Of a stretch of 64,000 nt of DNA, positions 9,955-19,253 are shown piece after piece. Position 1 is the stretch's first letter. Each line of letters opens with the position of its first letter. The stretch is from an uncultured Pseudomonadota bacterium (GTDB taxonomy: Bacteria > Babelota > Babeliae > Babelales > CAIQNR01). The notes below the pieces were generated by a model. The model worked only from the letters and a program-made list of their open reading frames with translations. It did no database searches and had not been told where the DNA came from. The stretch is taken from the NCBI GenBank assembly GCA_964570505.1, contig CAZMYL010000001.1:143501-207500 (forward strand), written 5' to 3'. A program made the translations under genes and the position numbers.

Positions 9955-11385
9955 GTGCATGTGAAAAGAAACTTACTTAAAAGAAATTTACTTGTTAGTT
10001 ACTTAGGTGGTATCAGAGATCGTGATCATGGAGAGGGTTATTCAAAAATTTTTTATTATTTTATTCCAGAATTTATAACTGCGGTTATTTTATATTCAGT
10101 TCCTTTGTTGATTGATGCAAGCTGGGTTGCTCATCTTAAGTCAACATCGGCATATGCAACATTAGGTGTTACTAATTCATTACTTCATTCAATTATTAAA
10201 ATTGCAGAAGGTCTTTCCATAGGCACAATAGTAGTTGTTGGTAGATATAATGGTATTGGTAATTATAAAAAAGCAGGTTCTGCATTAATTAATTCTTTTT
10301 GGACAACTGTTTTTACAGGCTTATTTGTTGGTTTATTATTGTATTTTGGAGCTTATTATATTTTTGTTTGGTATCGAGTTCCAGAACAAATGATTGTTTT
10401 GGGCATTCCATTTTTGCGTATGCGTTCTTTGGGAGTTTTTTTTACTTTTGTTTATTTTGGTCTTATTGGTTTTTTGAGAGGTATTAAAAATACTCAAGTT
10501 CCAATGAATATTTTTATTGCAGGGTGCATATTATTTTTATTTTTTGATTACGCACTGATTTTTGGTAAATTTGGATTTCCAAAAATGGGCCTTATGGGTT
10601 CTGCAATCGCTTCTGTTGTAGAATATGGATCAATGTGTATTGCTGCCATATTGTATATTTTTTTTAGTAAATCCATCAGAGCTTATCAAATTAATTTTTT
10701 TGAATCATTTGCATCATATCAAAAAATGAAAGAGCTTTTTTTATTAAGTTTGCCTGTGATGATTGATAAAGCTGCTCTTGCTTGTTCATATGTTTGGCTT
10801 GGATATTGCATTGCTCCTATGGGTACCAATGCTCTTGCAAGTTTTTCTGTTATTAAAGATATTGAACGATTTTCATTACTTCCTGCAATTGCATTTGCTC
10901 AAGTGATTACTTTTTTGGTTAGTAATGATTATGGGAAAAAAGATTGGGAAGGAATTAAAAGTACAACAAAAAAAATTATTTTTATGGCTTCTGTGAGTGT
11001 TTTCTTTATTTTATTTTTATGTTCTATTTCTCCAAAATATATTATTCAATTATTTGACCTTAAAGGTGAATTTACTGATTTTGCTGCAAAAGCATTTCCT
11101 GTTATTAGTGTTCTTGCTTTTTTTGATATTTTACAACTGATTTTGGCAGGTGCATTACGTGGAGCAGCAGATGTTCGCGTTGTTATGTGGACTAGGCTTG
11201 TATTATGTGCAGGCTTTTTTGCGCCACTTGCCTTTGGTTTTTCTCGATTAGAAACGCAAAGTGTTGTTATCAAATTTATTTTAGTATACAGTTCCTTATA
11301 TGTTTGTAATGCCATAATGAGTATGGTTTATGTATGGAGATTACGAAGAGAATCGTGGAAAGAAAAAGTTCTAGAAGGTGTTTGA
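9955..11385 (+). CDS. MATE family efflux transporter
   Basis: 476 aa, about 12 predicted TM helices, typical MATE size and pattern (ATLGVTNSLLHSIIKIAEGLSIGT..., duplicated 6-TM halves). GTG start at 9955, so the start is uncertain. Confidence 0.7.
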   Translation: MHVKRNLLKRNLLVSYLGGIRDRDHGEGYSKIFYYFIPEFITAVILYSVPLLIDASWVAHLKSTSAYATLGVTNSLLHSIIKIAEGLSIGTIVVVGRYNGIGNYKKAGSALINSFWTTVFTGLFVGLLLYFGAYYIFVWYRVPEQMIVLGIPFLRMRSLGVFFTFVYFGLIGFLRGIKNTQVPMNIFIAGCILFLFFDYALIFGKFGFPKMGLMGSAIASVVEYGSMCIAAILYIFFSKSIRAYQINFFESFASYQKMKELFLLSLPVMIDKAALACSYVWLGYCIAPMGTNALASFSVIKDIERFSLLPAIAFAQVITFLVSNDYGKKDWEGIKSTTKKIIFMASVSVFFILFLCSISPKYIIQLFDLKGEFTDFAAKAFPVISVLAFFDILQLILAGALRGAADVRVVMWTRLVLCAGFFAPLAFGFSRLETQSVVIKFILVYSSLYVCNAIMSMVYVWRLRRESWKEKVLEGV

Positions 11386-11386
11386 G

Positions 11387-11677
11387 ATGAAAATTACTAA
11401 AGAAGAAGTTCAATCTATAGCTCACATTGCGCGTATTGCTGTTAAAGAAAGTGAAATTGAGGCGCTTGCTCATCAATTAGATGATATTTTATCTTACGCT
11501 CAGCGTGTAACTGATCTAGGGCAGGATGTTGTTGAATCTCCTTTAGTGATTCAAGAAGAAAACATTGTTCGTCCTGATATTGTTTCAATAAGCCCTGTTG
11601 ATATAGTTATGGCGGTTGCTCCAGAAGTGCAAGAGGGATATTATGTTGTCCCAAAAATTTTAGAAAAAACTAAGTGA
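11387..11677 (+). CDS. gatC: Asp/Glu-tRNA amidotransferase subunit C
   Basis: MKITKEEVQSIAHIARIAVKESEIEALAHQLDDILSYAQ is a classic GatC N-terminus. The ATG lies 1 nt after the MATE stop, and gatA follows directly. The ORF track starts it at GTG 11378. Confidence 0.85.
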   Translation: MKITKEEVQSIAHIARIAVKESEIEALAHQLDDILSYAQRVTDLGQDVVESPLVIQEENIVRPDIVSISPVDIVMAVAPEVQEGYYVVPKILEKTK

Positions 11678-11693
11678 TTTTGGAGTTGTTGAG

Positions 11694-13130
11694 ATGCAAG
11701 ATATTTCATTTTTAAGTATTGAAGAATTAAAAAGCCTTATAGATTCAAAGGCAATTTCAAAAAAAGAAGTAGTGGAGTTTTTTATAAATAAATCTACACA
11801 ACATAAAGATTTAAATGCTGTGTTAGAAAATTATGATATAGAATCAATTCTTTCGCAAAGTTCAGGTGATGGATTGTTATCTGGAATTCCTGGGTATGTT
11901 AAAAGTAATATTTGTCAAAAAGATAGAATTACTTCATGTTCTTCAAAAATATTAGAAAACTTTAGATCAACGTATGATGCAACCGTTGTAGAGCGTTTAA
12001 AAAAAGAGGGAGCTCTTTCTTTAGGATCTGCAAATAATGATGAATTTGCAATGGGAAGCTCTGGAGAAACTTCTGCATTTGGTATTACGAAAAATCCTTG
12101 GAATAAAGAGTTAGTGCCAGGGGGTTCAAGCAGTGGCTCAGCAGCAGCTGTTGCTGCTGGATTAGCGCCTTGGGCATTGGGTTCAGATACTGGAGGCTCT
12201 GTTCGTCAACCTGCTGCGCTATGCGGTATTGTTGGTTTTAAACCTACGTATGGTTTAAATTCTCGATTTGGATTAATAGCTTATGGATCATCGCTTGATA
12301 CAATTGGTTTTTTAACGCGTACTGTTTTTGACTCTGCATTATTACTTTCTGCTACTGCAGGTAAAGATAATAATGATTCTACAAGTCTTTCTGTTGGTAA
12401 AAAGGATTATACTAAAAATTTAGATGGTTCTATAAAGCCAGGCTTGAAAATCGGTGTTATAGAAGATGCATATAATGCTCAGGCATTGCATCCAGAAATT
12501 CGCCAAGCAAATGAAGAAGCTATTAAAGTATATGAAAAAATTGGTGCTACTGTTAAACGTATTAGTATTCCAAGTCTTGATTATGGAGCTGCATGCTATT
12601 TTATTATTAGTCGTGCAGAAGCTGCATCAAATTTAGCACGATTTGATGGAATACGTTATGGTCTTCGTGTACCAGGAAAATCTTTAATTGATCTTTATGA
12701 AGCAACGCGACATGACGGATTTGGCACTGAGGTAAAAGCGCGTATTCTTGTAGGTAACTATGTGTTATCTGTTGGCCATGCAGGTGCATTTTATGATAAC
12801 GCTCAAAAGGTTAGACAATTAATTCGTCAACAACTTTTGGATGCATTTAAAGATGTAGATCTTCTTGTTTTGCCAACACATGCAACTCCAGCTTTTAAAG
12901 TTGGGGAGTTTGATAATGATAAATTAACTATGGATTTGCAGGATTATTTTACTGCGCCATTTAATTTGGCAGGTGTTCCTGGTCTTTCTATTCCTGTAGG
13001 TTTTTCAAGTAAAGGGTTGCCGTTAGGAATGCAGTTAGTTGGACCACATCTTTCTGAAGAATTATTATTTCAAACTGCATATGCATATCAGCAAAAAACT
13101 GATTGGCATAGGAAACATCCGCTTCTGTAA
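11694..13130 (+). CDS. gatA: Asp/Glu-tRNA amidotransferase subunit A
   Basis: 478 aa with the amidase signature GGSSSGSAAAVAAG and GSDTGGSVRQPA. Adjacent to gatC. Confidence 0.9.
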   Translation: MQDISFLSIEELKSLIDSKAISKKEVVEFFINKSTQHKDLNAVLENYDIESILSQSSGDGLLSGIPGYVKSNICQKDRITSCSSKILENFRSTYDATVVERLKKEGALSLGSANNDEFAMGSSGETSAFGITKNPWNKELVPGGSSSGSAAAVAAGLAPWALGSDTGGSVRQPAALCGIVGFKPTYGLNSRFGLIAYGSSLDTIGFLTRTVFDSALLLSATAGKDNNDSTSLSVGKKDYTKNLDGSIKPGLKIGVIEDAYNAQALHPEIRQANEEAIKVYEKIGATVKRISIPSLDYGAACYFIISRAEAASNLARFDGIRYGLRVPGKSLIDLYEATRHDGFGTEVKARILVGNYVLSVGHAGAFYDNAQKVRQLIRQQLLDAFKDVDLLVLPTHATPAFKVGEFDNDKLTMDLQDYFTAPFNLAGVPGLSIPVGFSSKGLPLGMQLVGPHLSEELLFQTAYAYQQKTDWHRKHPLL

Positions 13131-13209
13131 TTATGTATCTTGCGTAACTACCTGTCATTTTTGATATACTGTTTCGGTATAAAGAGAAGGTAAAGGGGTA
13201 GGAGGGGGC

Positions 13210-14037
13210 ATGCGCAAGATACAAGGTATACTGTCAGTGCTAATAGCATTTTCATTTTTATATGGTGATGATGATGCGCATGAAAAAAATTTTAAAAAAC
13301 AAAGAAAAAAACCAGATGCTGTTAAAAATGTAAAAGATTTTACAGGTAGAATTCTTTCTGATATTGGTGCGGATCTTTATAATTTGTTTTCTTGGAATAC
13401 TTTTAATGTTGCTTGTGTTGGTATTCCTTTGTATATTGCAGCTCGTCCTGCAGACCATAAAATTCAAAAACATCTTTATGATCCAGTGCTTCATGAAAAT
13501 ATACATCAACCTTCGAAGGTTTTTTCTGAAATTGCATTACATACAGCAGCTATTGTAATTCCTATTGTTGCCTTACGAGATTTTTTTAGTCATGACCTTT
13601 ATCATAATAGAAGAGGTGAAATTTTTATAGGAGGTTTGGCATTAACGTGGATTACAAAAAATATTATTAAGCATACAGAAACAGAAGGAAATAAACGTCC
13701 TTGGAATGGAAATTTTAGCAGTCATTCGCGTGCGTATGGTGGTAATCCTTCTGGGCATAGCGCTTTGTTTGGTTATGTAACATCGTTTTGGTTTTTAGAA
13801 AAAGGTTTAATAGTAGGGATTCCTTTAATGATAGCTACGGGTTTTGAAATGGCGGCGTCTATTGTCACTAATAGGCATTATTTATCGCAAACGATTTTAG
13901 GTGTTACTTATGGAGTTGTATTTGGTTTTGCAGCTCATAAGACTTTAGAAAAAACAATTTTTAATGAAAATACCAAGATAGGCCTTGTTGCAAATCCTTC
14001 TACTGGTCTTGGATTAAAGTTAAGTTATAATTTTTAA
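13210..14037 (+). CDS. PAP2-superfamily phosphatase (membrane)
   Basis: All three PAP2 motifs are present: KHTETEGNKRPW (KxxxxxxRP), NPSGHS (PSGH) and TNRHYLSQTILG (SRxxxxxHxxxD-like). SD GGAGG lies 4 nt before the ATG. Signal/TM N-terminus. Confidence 0.75.
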   Translation: MRKIQGILSVLIAFSFLYGDDDAHEKNFKKQRKKPDAVKNVKDFTGRILSDIGADLYNLFSWNTFNVACVGIPLYIAARPADHKIQKHLYDPVLHENIHQPSKVFSEIALHTAAIVIPIVALRDFFSHDLYHNRRGEIFIGGLALTWITKNIIKHTETEGNKRPWNGNFSSHSRAYGGNPSGHSALFGYVTSFWFLEKGLIVGIPLMIATGFEMAASIVTNRHYLSQTILGVTYGVVFGFAAHKTLEKTIFNENTKIGLVANPSTGLGLKLSYNF

Positions 14038-14172
14038 TTACTTATTAGCTAGAAATTATTTTATTCATTTTACACTATATATATTGTTTCTTATAATTTT
14101 TTTTTGTTATCGTTGGATTTAAGTCTTTAAAGGAAAAAGATTAACAGTCTAGCCATAAAAGGAGATAGTTTC

Positions 14173-14328
14173 ATGGAAGGATACTGTGTAAAATGCAAAG
14201 CAAAATGCCAAATTGTTAACGGTAAAGAAGTGAGCATGAAGGCAAAAGGTGGTAAGCACCGCGCAGCGCTTAAAGGCGAATGTGCAAAATGTAAGACCGT
14301 TGTTTTTAGAATTTTACCAAGTAAATAA
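14173..14328 (+). CDS. small zinc-ribbon protein, 51 aa (absent from the ORF track)
   Basis: MEGYCVKCKAKCQIVNGKEVSMKAKGGKHRAALKGECAKCKTVVFRILPSK has CxxC...CxxC pairs. SD AAAGGAG lies 7 nt upstream, and a strong hairpin terminator follows. It is locally more G+C-rich than its surroundings. Confidence 0.65.
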   Translation: MEGYCVKCKAKCQIVNGKEVSMKAKGGKHRAALKGECAKCKTVVFRILPSK

Positions 14329-14346
14329 TAATCTACGCTAAAAATG

Positions 14347-14377
14347 AAAAAAGGGAGTCTTTAAGGCTCCCTTTTTT
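14347..14377 (+). terminator. rho-independent terminator after the zinc-ribbon ORF
   Basis: AAAAAAGGGAGTC TTTAA GGCTCCCTTTTTT: a GC-rich stem followed by a T6 run. Confidence 0.7.
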
Positions 14378-14440
14378 ATGGACTGTATGGTATACTGCCT
14401 CCTTTTACTAGTCTATTTGTAGTGTAGGGATACAAACGTT

Positions 14441-15406
14441 ATGTCTTATTGGCAGCAAAAAATTAAAATTGGTCATTTAGAAATTCCTCGTTTTATTGGT
14501 GGGCCACTTGATGGAATTACTGATTCTCCTTTTAGAAAAGTAGTGAGGCAGTTTTCAAAAGATGCTTTGTTGTACGGTGAAATGCGTCATGTTGGATGTG
14601 TTGCCAATGATGTAGGCGGTAAAAAATCTCTTGATTTTGAACAAATTGAACGACCTTTTACTTATCAAGTTTCTGCAAATTCTATTGATTTTATAGAGCA
14701 AGCATGTGAAAAAATTTTGGCAGCAGGTGTTGATATTGTAGATCTTAATATTGGTTGTCCTGCTCGATGTGTTGTTAAGTCAGGGTCAGGCTCTGCTCTT
14801 ATGGGTGACTTGACTCGTCTTGAAACAATATTAAAATTTTTTAGAAAAACGCTTCCTATTCCTTTTACATTAAAAATTAGAGCTGGTTTTAAAGAAAAAA
14901 ATGCTGTTACTGTAGCTAAACTTGCACAAGATTGTGGGGTTGATGCTCTTGCTATACATCCACGATTGCAAACACAAATGTTTTCTGGGCACCCAGATTA
15001 TGAATTAGCTCGTCAAGTTAAAGAAGCTCTTTCCATCCCGGTGTTTTTTTCTGGTGGTGTTGTTAATTGGGCAACGGCTCAGAGTGTTTATCAAAAAACT
15101 GGAGTTGATGGATATTTAATTGCTCGCGGTATGTGGTCAAGGCCATGGAAACTTAAAGAATTACAAGAGCTTTCTTATGGAAATCAGTTTGAAGTAAAAG
15201 AATCTATGATTTTACAAGCGGCATTAGATCACTTGTCTGCGATTGTTGATTATTATGGACCTCAAGGTATTCAAATTTTTAGAAAACATTTACCTTTTTA
15301 TATTAAAGGTAAGCCTTCGGCATCTGCTTTGCGTCAAAAATTAGTAATTTCTCAAACGCAAGAAGAATTAGCAGATGGATTAAGATCATTTTTTATAAGT
15401 GAGTAG
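14441..15406 (+). CDS. dusB: tRNA-dihydrouridine synthase
   Basis: 321 aa with Dus family motifs: PLDGITDSPFRK, DLNIGCPA and a TIM-barrel FMN pattern. Size is typical of DusB. TGGTATACT (extended -10 type) lies about 45 nt upstream. Confidence 0.8.
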   Translation: MSYWQQKIKIGHLEIPRFIGGPLDGITDSPFRKVVRQFSKDALLYGEMRHVGCVANDVGGKKSLDFEQIERPFTYQVSANSIDFIEQACEKILAAGVDIVDLNIGCPARCVVKSGSGSALMGDLTRLETILKFFRKTLPIPFTLKIRAGFKEKNAVTVAKLAQDCGVDALAIHPRLQTQMFSGHPDYELARQVKEALSIPVFFSGGVVNWATAQSVYQKTGVDGYLIARGMWSRPWKLKELQELSYGNQFEVKESMILQAALDHLSAIVDYYGPQGIQIFRKHLPFYIKGKPSASALRQKLVISQTQEELADGLRSFFISE

Positions 15407-15408
15407 TA

Positions 15409-16242
15409 ATGAAAGTAATAAAAAAAGGATTTTTGAATTTTAAATATTTTTTATTAATTTCTTTTGTTGTTTTTTTTGGTTCTATTTTTTTTATTGATAA
15501 TCATATTTTTTTTGTTGCGCGTACTACTTTTATATATCCCTTTTTATCTTTAGAGCATTGGGCAGTTAGTACTATTAAAGATTGGTCACTTTATATAGAA
15601 TCAAAACATACACTTATAGTAGAACGAAATATTTATCGCAATCGTTCTCAAGAGCTTCAAGGTGCTTTACTTGCATTAAAAGCTCAGAATATCTTCTTAA
15701 AAGAAACCAAAGAGCTTATTGAGTATAAAAATAAGTATGAAAATAATGAAAATGCAAAGCTTGCAAAAGTGCTTTTAAAACATTGCGACAAGGATGAATA
15801 TTTTTTTCTTATAAATGTAGGTGAAAAAGATGGTATTACAATCGACAGTCCTGTTGTTTATAAAAATTGCTTATTAGGTAAAGTTATAGAAGTTTATTAC
15901 TGTTTTAGTAAGGTCCTTTTGATTGTTGATCATCGATGCAAGGTGGCTTGTTTTTGTGAAAAAACAGGAGCATCGGGTATTTATGAAGGACGTTGCAGTA
16001 TGGACCATGGAGCGCTTGTTCATGTAAGTCATATGCAAAATTTGCATAATGGAGATACTCTTTTTTCTGCAGGAGAAGGGCTTGTGTTTCCGTATGGTTT
16101 TGGTGTTGGAACAATTGAATCGTTTGAGCTTGAGGGTATCCAATATAATATTAAAGTTAAACCATTGGTTGATTTTTCAACTATTGGTTATTGCTATGTA
16201 CTACCATCTCAAATATCTCAAAAAATAAAGCAATCGTTATAA
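15409..16242 (+). CDS. mreC: rod shape-determining protein MreC
   Basis: N-terminal TM segment, a coiled-coil segment, then the MreC beta-domain pattern (GEKDGITIDSPVVYKNCLLGKVIEV...GDTLFSAGEGLVFPYGFGVGTI). Starts 2 nt after dusB. Confidence 0.65.
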   Translation: MKVIKKGFLNFKYFLLISFVVFFGSIFFIDNHIFFVARTTFIYPFLSLEHWAVSTIKDWSLYIESKHTLIVERNIYRNRSQELQGALLALKAQNIFLKETKELIEYKNKYENNENAKLAKVLLKHCDKDEYFFLINVGEKDGITIDSPVVYKNCLLGKVIEVYYCFSKVLLIVDHRCKVACFCEKTGASGIYEGRCSMDHGALVHVSHMQNLHNGDTLFSAGEGLVFPYGFGVGTIESFELEGIQYNIKVKPLVDFSTIGYCYVLPSQISQKIKQSL

Positions 16243-16372
16243 AATAATTTTTTCACTAAGCTTATTTTGTTTAAAAGTGCAATTTGTAGCTTTTTTTAAA
16301 TTTGTTTTATTTTTCAAATAGTATATAATTTAATCTTGTTTTATATGCTTTTTTAAAAAAGTGAGGTTTTGT

Positions 16373-17029
16373 ATGAGAAAATTGATGATTGGTTCTTTTC
16401 TGTTTTTTACTTTAACAAGTTTTTCTACCTTGAAATTTCAAGAATCTAATATTTTTGATAAAGTTACAGAGCAATGCGTTACGGGTTCTGATATTGGGTT
16501 AAAAAATCAAATAGCAGCTCGATTTGTAGGATTGTTTATTGCTGCCAGTGCTTTAATTTTAATAAATGATTTATATTATTTATTAAATGTTGATTCTATT
16601 GTTATGCAGAAAGAACAAGAAAGATATCTTATTAAAGCTTTGAATTTTGCAAATATAATTTCTAGTTGTGGTTTAGGTTATATGGCACATTCTTTAGTTT
16701 CTTATAGATTAAGACCAGAAAATGTAGCAGGGCGAGTTTCTATTAAAGATAGAGAATTATTAAATCTTATATTTTTGAATGAAGATTTTATTGAATCGGA
16801 TAAACTTAAAAAAATATATCAATACAGAAGTGATTATCTTAAGCAAGCTTGGTTTGGTTGCAAACGTATCAAAAGGCATTTAGAGCTTATTATTTCATCT
16901 TTGCGTTCTATACCACAATATCAGCATAAAGATTTTGATTCTTTAAAAAATGATGTTGAATCTGTGCTTGATGGTGTGGAAATTGCTTTGAATAAAATTA
17001 ATCAAAAACTGCTATTATATGGTAATTAA
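16373..17029 (+). CDS. hypothetical membrane/exported protein
   Basis: ORF. The likely ATG start gives MRKLMIGSFLFFTLTSFS (the track starts at GTG 16361). Internal hydrophobic segments. No family recognised. Confidence 0.5.
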   Translation: MRKLMIGSFLFFTLTSFSTLKFQESNIFDKVTEQCVTGSDIGLKNQIAARFVGLFIAASALILINDLYYLLNVDSIVMQKEQERYLIKALNFANIISSCGLGYMAHSLVSYRLRPENVAGRVSIKDRELLNLIFLNEDFIESDKLKKIYQYRSDYLKQAWFGCKRIKRHLELIISSLRSIPQYQHKDFDSLKNDVESVLDGVEIALNKINQKLLLYGN

Positions 17030-17066
17030 GATTTTTTAAAAAAAATTATATCTAAAAAGAGCTATT

Positions 17067-17432
17067 ATGAAAAAAATAATTTTTATGGCAATCTGTTTTT
17101 TTGGATCTCAATCATTTGTTTTTGCAAGTGAAACCACTCAAAAGAGCTTAAGTAATAAAGAAATGTTGCTAATTAAGGTAAATGCTTCTATAGCAGGTAT
17201 TCAACAATCTTCTTGGTATCTTTTTACTAAAAATAACTTAAAAAAATATATGACTTATACAAAAGATAATTTTTTTTCAAAAAATAATATCCTTTTGCAG
17301 GATAGATTTTTTGCATTATCTGCAGCTTTAGCATTATTGGTTTATACTCAATGGTTTAATAAAAAATCTATAAAAAAAATAAAGCAGGTTGTTGAAAAAG
17401 ATGATCATGAAAAGAGCGACAAGCGTTCTTGA
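17067..17432 (+). CDS. hypothetical exported/membrane protein, 121 aa
   Basis: Signal-like MKKIIFMAICFFGSQSFVFA plus a second hydrophobic segment. No family recognised. Confidence 0.5.
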   Translation: MKKIIFMAICFFGSQSFVFASETTQKSLSNKEMLLIKVNASIAGIQQSSWYLFTKNNLKKYMTYTKDNFFSKNNILLQDRFFALSAALALLVYTQWFNKKSIKKIKQVVEKDDHEKSDKRS

Positions 17433-17433
17433 A

Positions 17434-17462
17434 TTGATTGATTTGAAGGCTGTGCGTATACT
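17434..17462 (+). promoter_or_regulatory. sigma-70-type promoter candidate for dnaX-der
   Basis: TTGATT, a 17-nt spacer, then TATACT, located about 40 nt upstream of the dnaX start. Confidence 0.45.
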
Positions 17463-17503
17463 AATTATAAATAATTTAATTTTTGTATTAAAAAGGCTGG
17501 TAT

Positions 17504-19234
17504 ATGGTTACCGCAGTTCTTAATTTAGCTCGAAAATGGCGTTCTAAACAATTTAATCAAGTTGTTGGTCAGGAATTGCCTGTTCGAATGTTGCAAAATA
17601 GTCTTTATGTAGGACAAATATTTCCAGTATATCTGTTTTCTGGTCAGCGAGGTTGTGGAAAAACTACGACTGCTCGAATTTTTGCATCTGCTTTAAATTG
17701 TGATCAATTAGAATTTTTTAAAAAAGACCCTAAACATTATATCATTCCATGTTTGACGTGTGCTTCTTGTTTGGCTATGGCTGCAGGAAATCATCCTGAT
17801 TTTATAGAAATTGATGCGGCATCTCATACAGGGGTTGATAATGTACGGCAAATTATTGATGCAGCATCATTATTGCCTGTTATGGGGTCTAAGCGAGTTT
17901 ATCTTATAGATGAAGCTCATATGCTTAGCAAGGCAGCTTTTAATGCTTTTTTAAAAATACTTGAAGAGCCGCCATCTTCGGTTGTTTTTATGCTTGCAAC
18001 TACCGATCCAGAAAAAATTTTAGATACTGTTAGATCTCGTTGCTTTCAGTTGTTTTTTACTGCTATAAAGAGCGATCCATTAGTCGAACATTTAAAAGAA
18101 GTTTGCGTGGCAGAAAATATTGAGTTTGAAATTTCTGCTCTTGAAACTATAGTTCAAGAAACTCAGGGGTCTGCTCGAGATGCCCTTAATCTACTTGAAC
18201 AGGTGCGTTTTTCTTCTTCTAAAGTTACCAATGATGCTGTTTTAATGGTTCTTGGGCATCTGCCAGAAGCCTTGCTTTTTGATTTAGTACAATCAGTTAT
18301 TCAAAAAAACAATTCAAGCTGTATGGAAGTTTTGAGTATTGTTCATGACGGTTCGTATACTCCTCTTTTAATTTGGCAAAAATTTCAAGAGCTCGTAAGA
18401 GCTTTATTAGCTTTAAAAAATAATGTTAAGCCTTGTGCGCACTATCATGATAAAGAACGAATGTTATTTTTAGCACAAGCAAGCTCAAGTAATGATTTGA
18501 TTAAATATCTGCAAATTTTATATGACTACGAAATGGTTTTATTAAAAAGTACTGCTCAAGAAGGTGTTTTGCATGTTATGTTTTTCACTATGATGGGTGA
18601 AAATAATCAAAAATCTCTTTCTTTTACTTTTAAAGAGCCTATTGTTCATAAAGAATTAGAGACTAAAAATATAGTAGAATTACCAATAGTTACTACAACT
18701 GTTGCTCAGCAAGCAGAAAAAGTTTTTTCTGACTTAAAAGAAGAGCAAAATGTTGAAAATTTCACTCAGTGGAGATTATTTAGTGAAGCAATAGAAACAT
18801 TAAGTGACCCTCTTTTAAAATCAATTTTTAAACAAGGAAGTTTTAAAAGCTATGATCAAAATTCTCATATTGTAACAGTTGTGTTTCCATTAGCTACTAA
18901 GTTTTATGGGGAATGGTTGCAAGAAACAAAGTTAATATGGCAACCATTGCTTCAAAAAGCATTTGGTGATCATGCAGAATGTGCAGCTTTATTTGAAGAT
19001 ATAAAAAATATTAATATGCTTTCCCATTCAGATGATATGCATGAAAAAACAAATTCTTCTGTTATAGAATCTCATTTAATAAAAAGTCAGAGTAACGAAA
19101 ATACTGAAGTAAAAATAAAACATGATTTTGTAAAAAATCGTGAAAAAACAGTTGATATTTCTGATAAAGAGACATGGAAAACTGCAAATATATTACGAGA
19201 TGCATTTGGCGGTACAATTACAGAAATAGAATAA
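17504..19234 (+). CDS. dnaX: DNA polymerase III subunit gamma/tau
   Basis: Walker A GQRGCGKTTTARIFA, a Zn module CLTCASC, Walker B/sensor LIDEAHML and SRC (VRSRCFQ). Confidence 0.9.
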   Translation: MVTAVLNLARKWRSKQFNQVVGQELPVRMLQNSLYVGQIFPVYLFSGQRGCGKTTTARIFASALNCDQLEFFKKDPKHYIIPCLTCASCLAMAAGNHPDFIEIDAASHTGVDNVRQIIDAASLLPVMGSKRVYLIDEAHMLSKAAFNAFLKILEEPPSSVVFMLATTDPEKILDTVRSRCFQLFFTAIKSDPLVEHLKEVCVAENIEFEISALETIVQETQGSARDALNLLEQVRFSSSKVTNDAVLMVLGHLPEALLFDLVQSVIQKNNSSCMEVLSIVHDGSYTPLLIWQKFQELVRALLALKNNVKPCAHYHDKERMLFLAQASSSNDLIKYLQILYDYEMVLLKSTAQEGVLHVMFFTMMGENNQKSLSFTFKEPIVHKELETKNIVELPIVTTTVAQQAEKVFSDLKEEQNVENFTQWRLFSEAIETLSDPLLKSIFKQGSFKSYDQNSHIVTVVFPLATKFYGEWLQETKLIWQPLLQKAFGDHAECAALFEDIKNINMLSHSDDMHEKTNSSVIESHLIKSQSNENTEVKIKHDFVKNREKTVDISDKETWKTANILRDAFGGTITEIE

Positions 19235-19253
19235 AAATATAAGCAGGATTATT

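Noticed and set aside
18303-18309. A7 run (A AAA AAC heptamer) in dnaX, considered as a possible tau/gamma programmed -1 frameshift site.
   Set aside because: The -1 frame would terminate after about 14 codons at roughly residue 280 of 576. That falls inside the clamp-loader core (domain III), far upstream of where gamma normally ends. No downstream stem-loop was seen.
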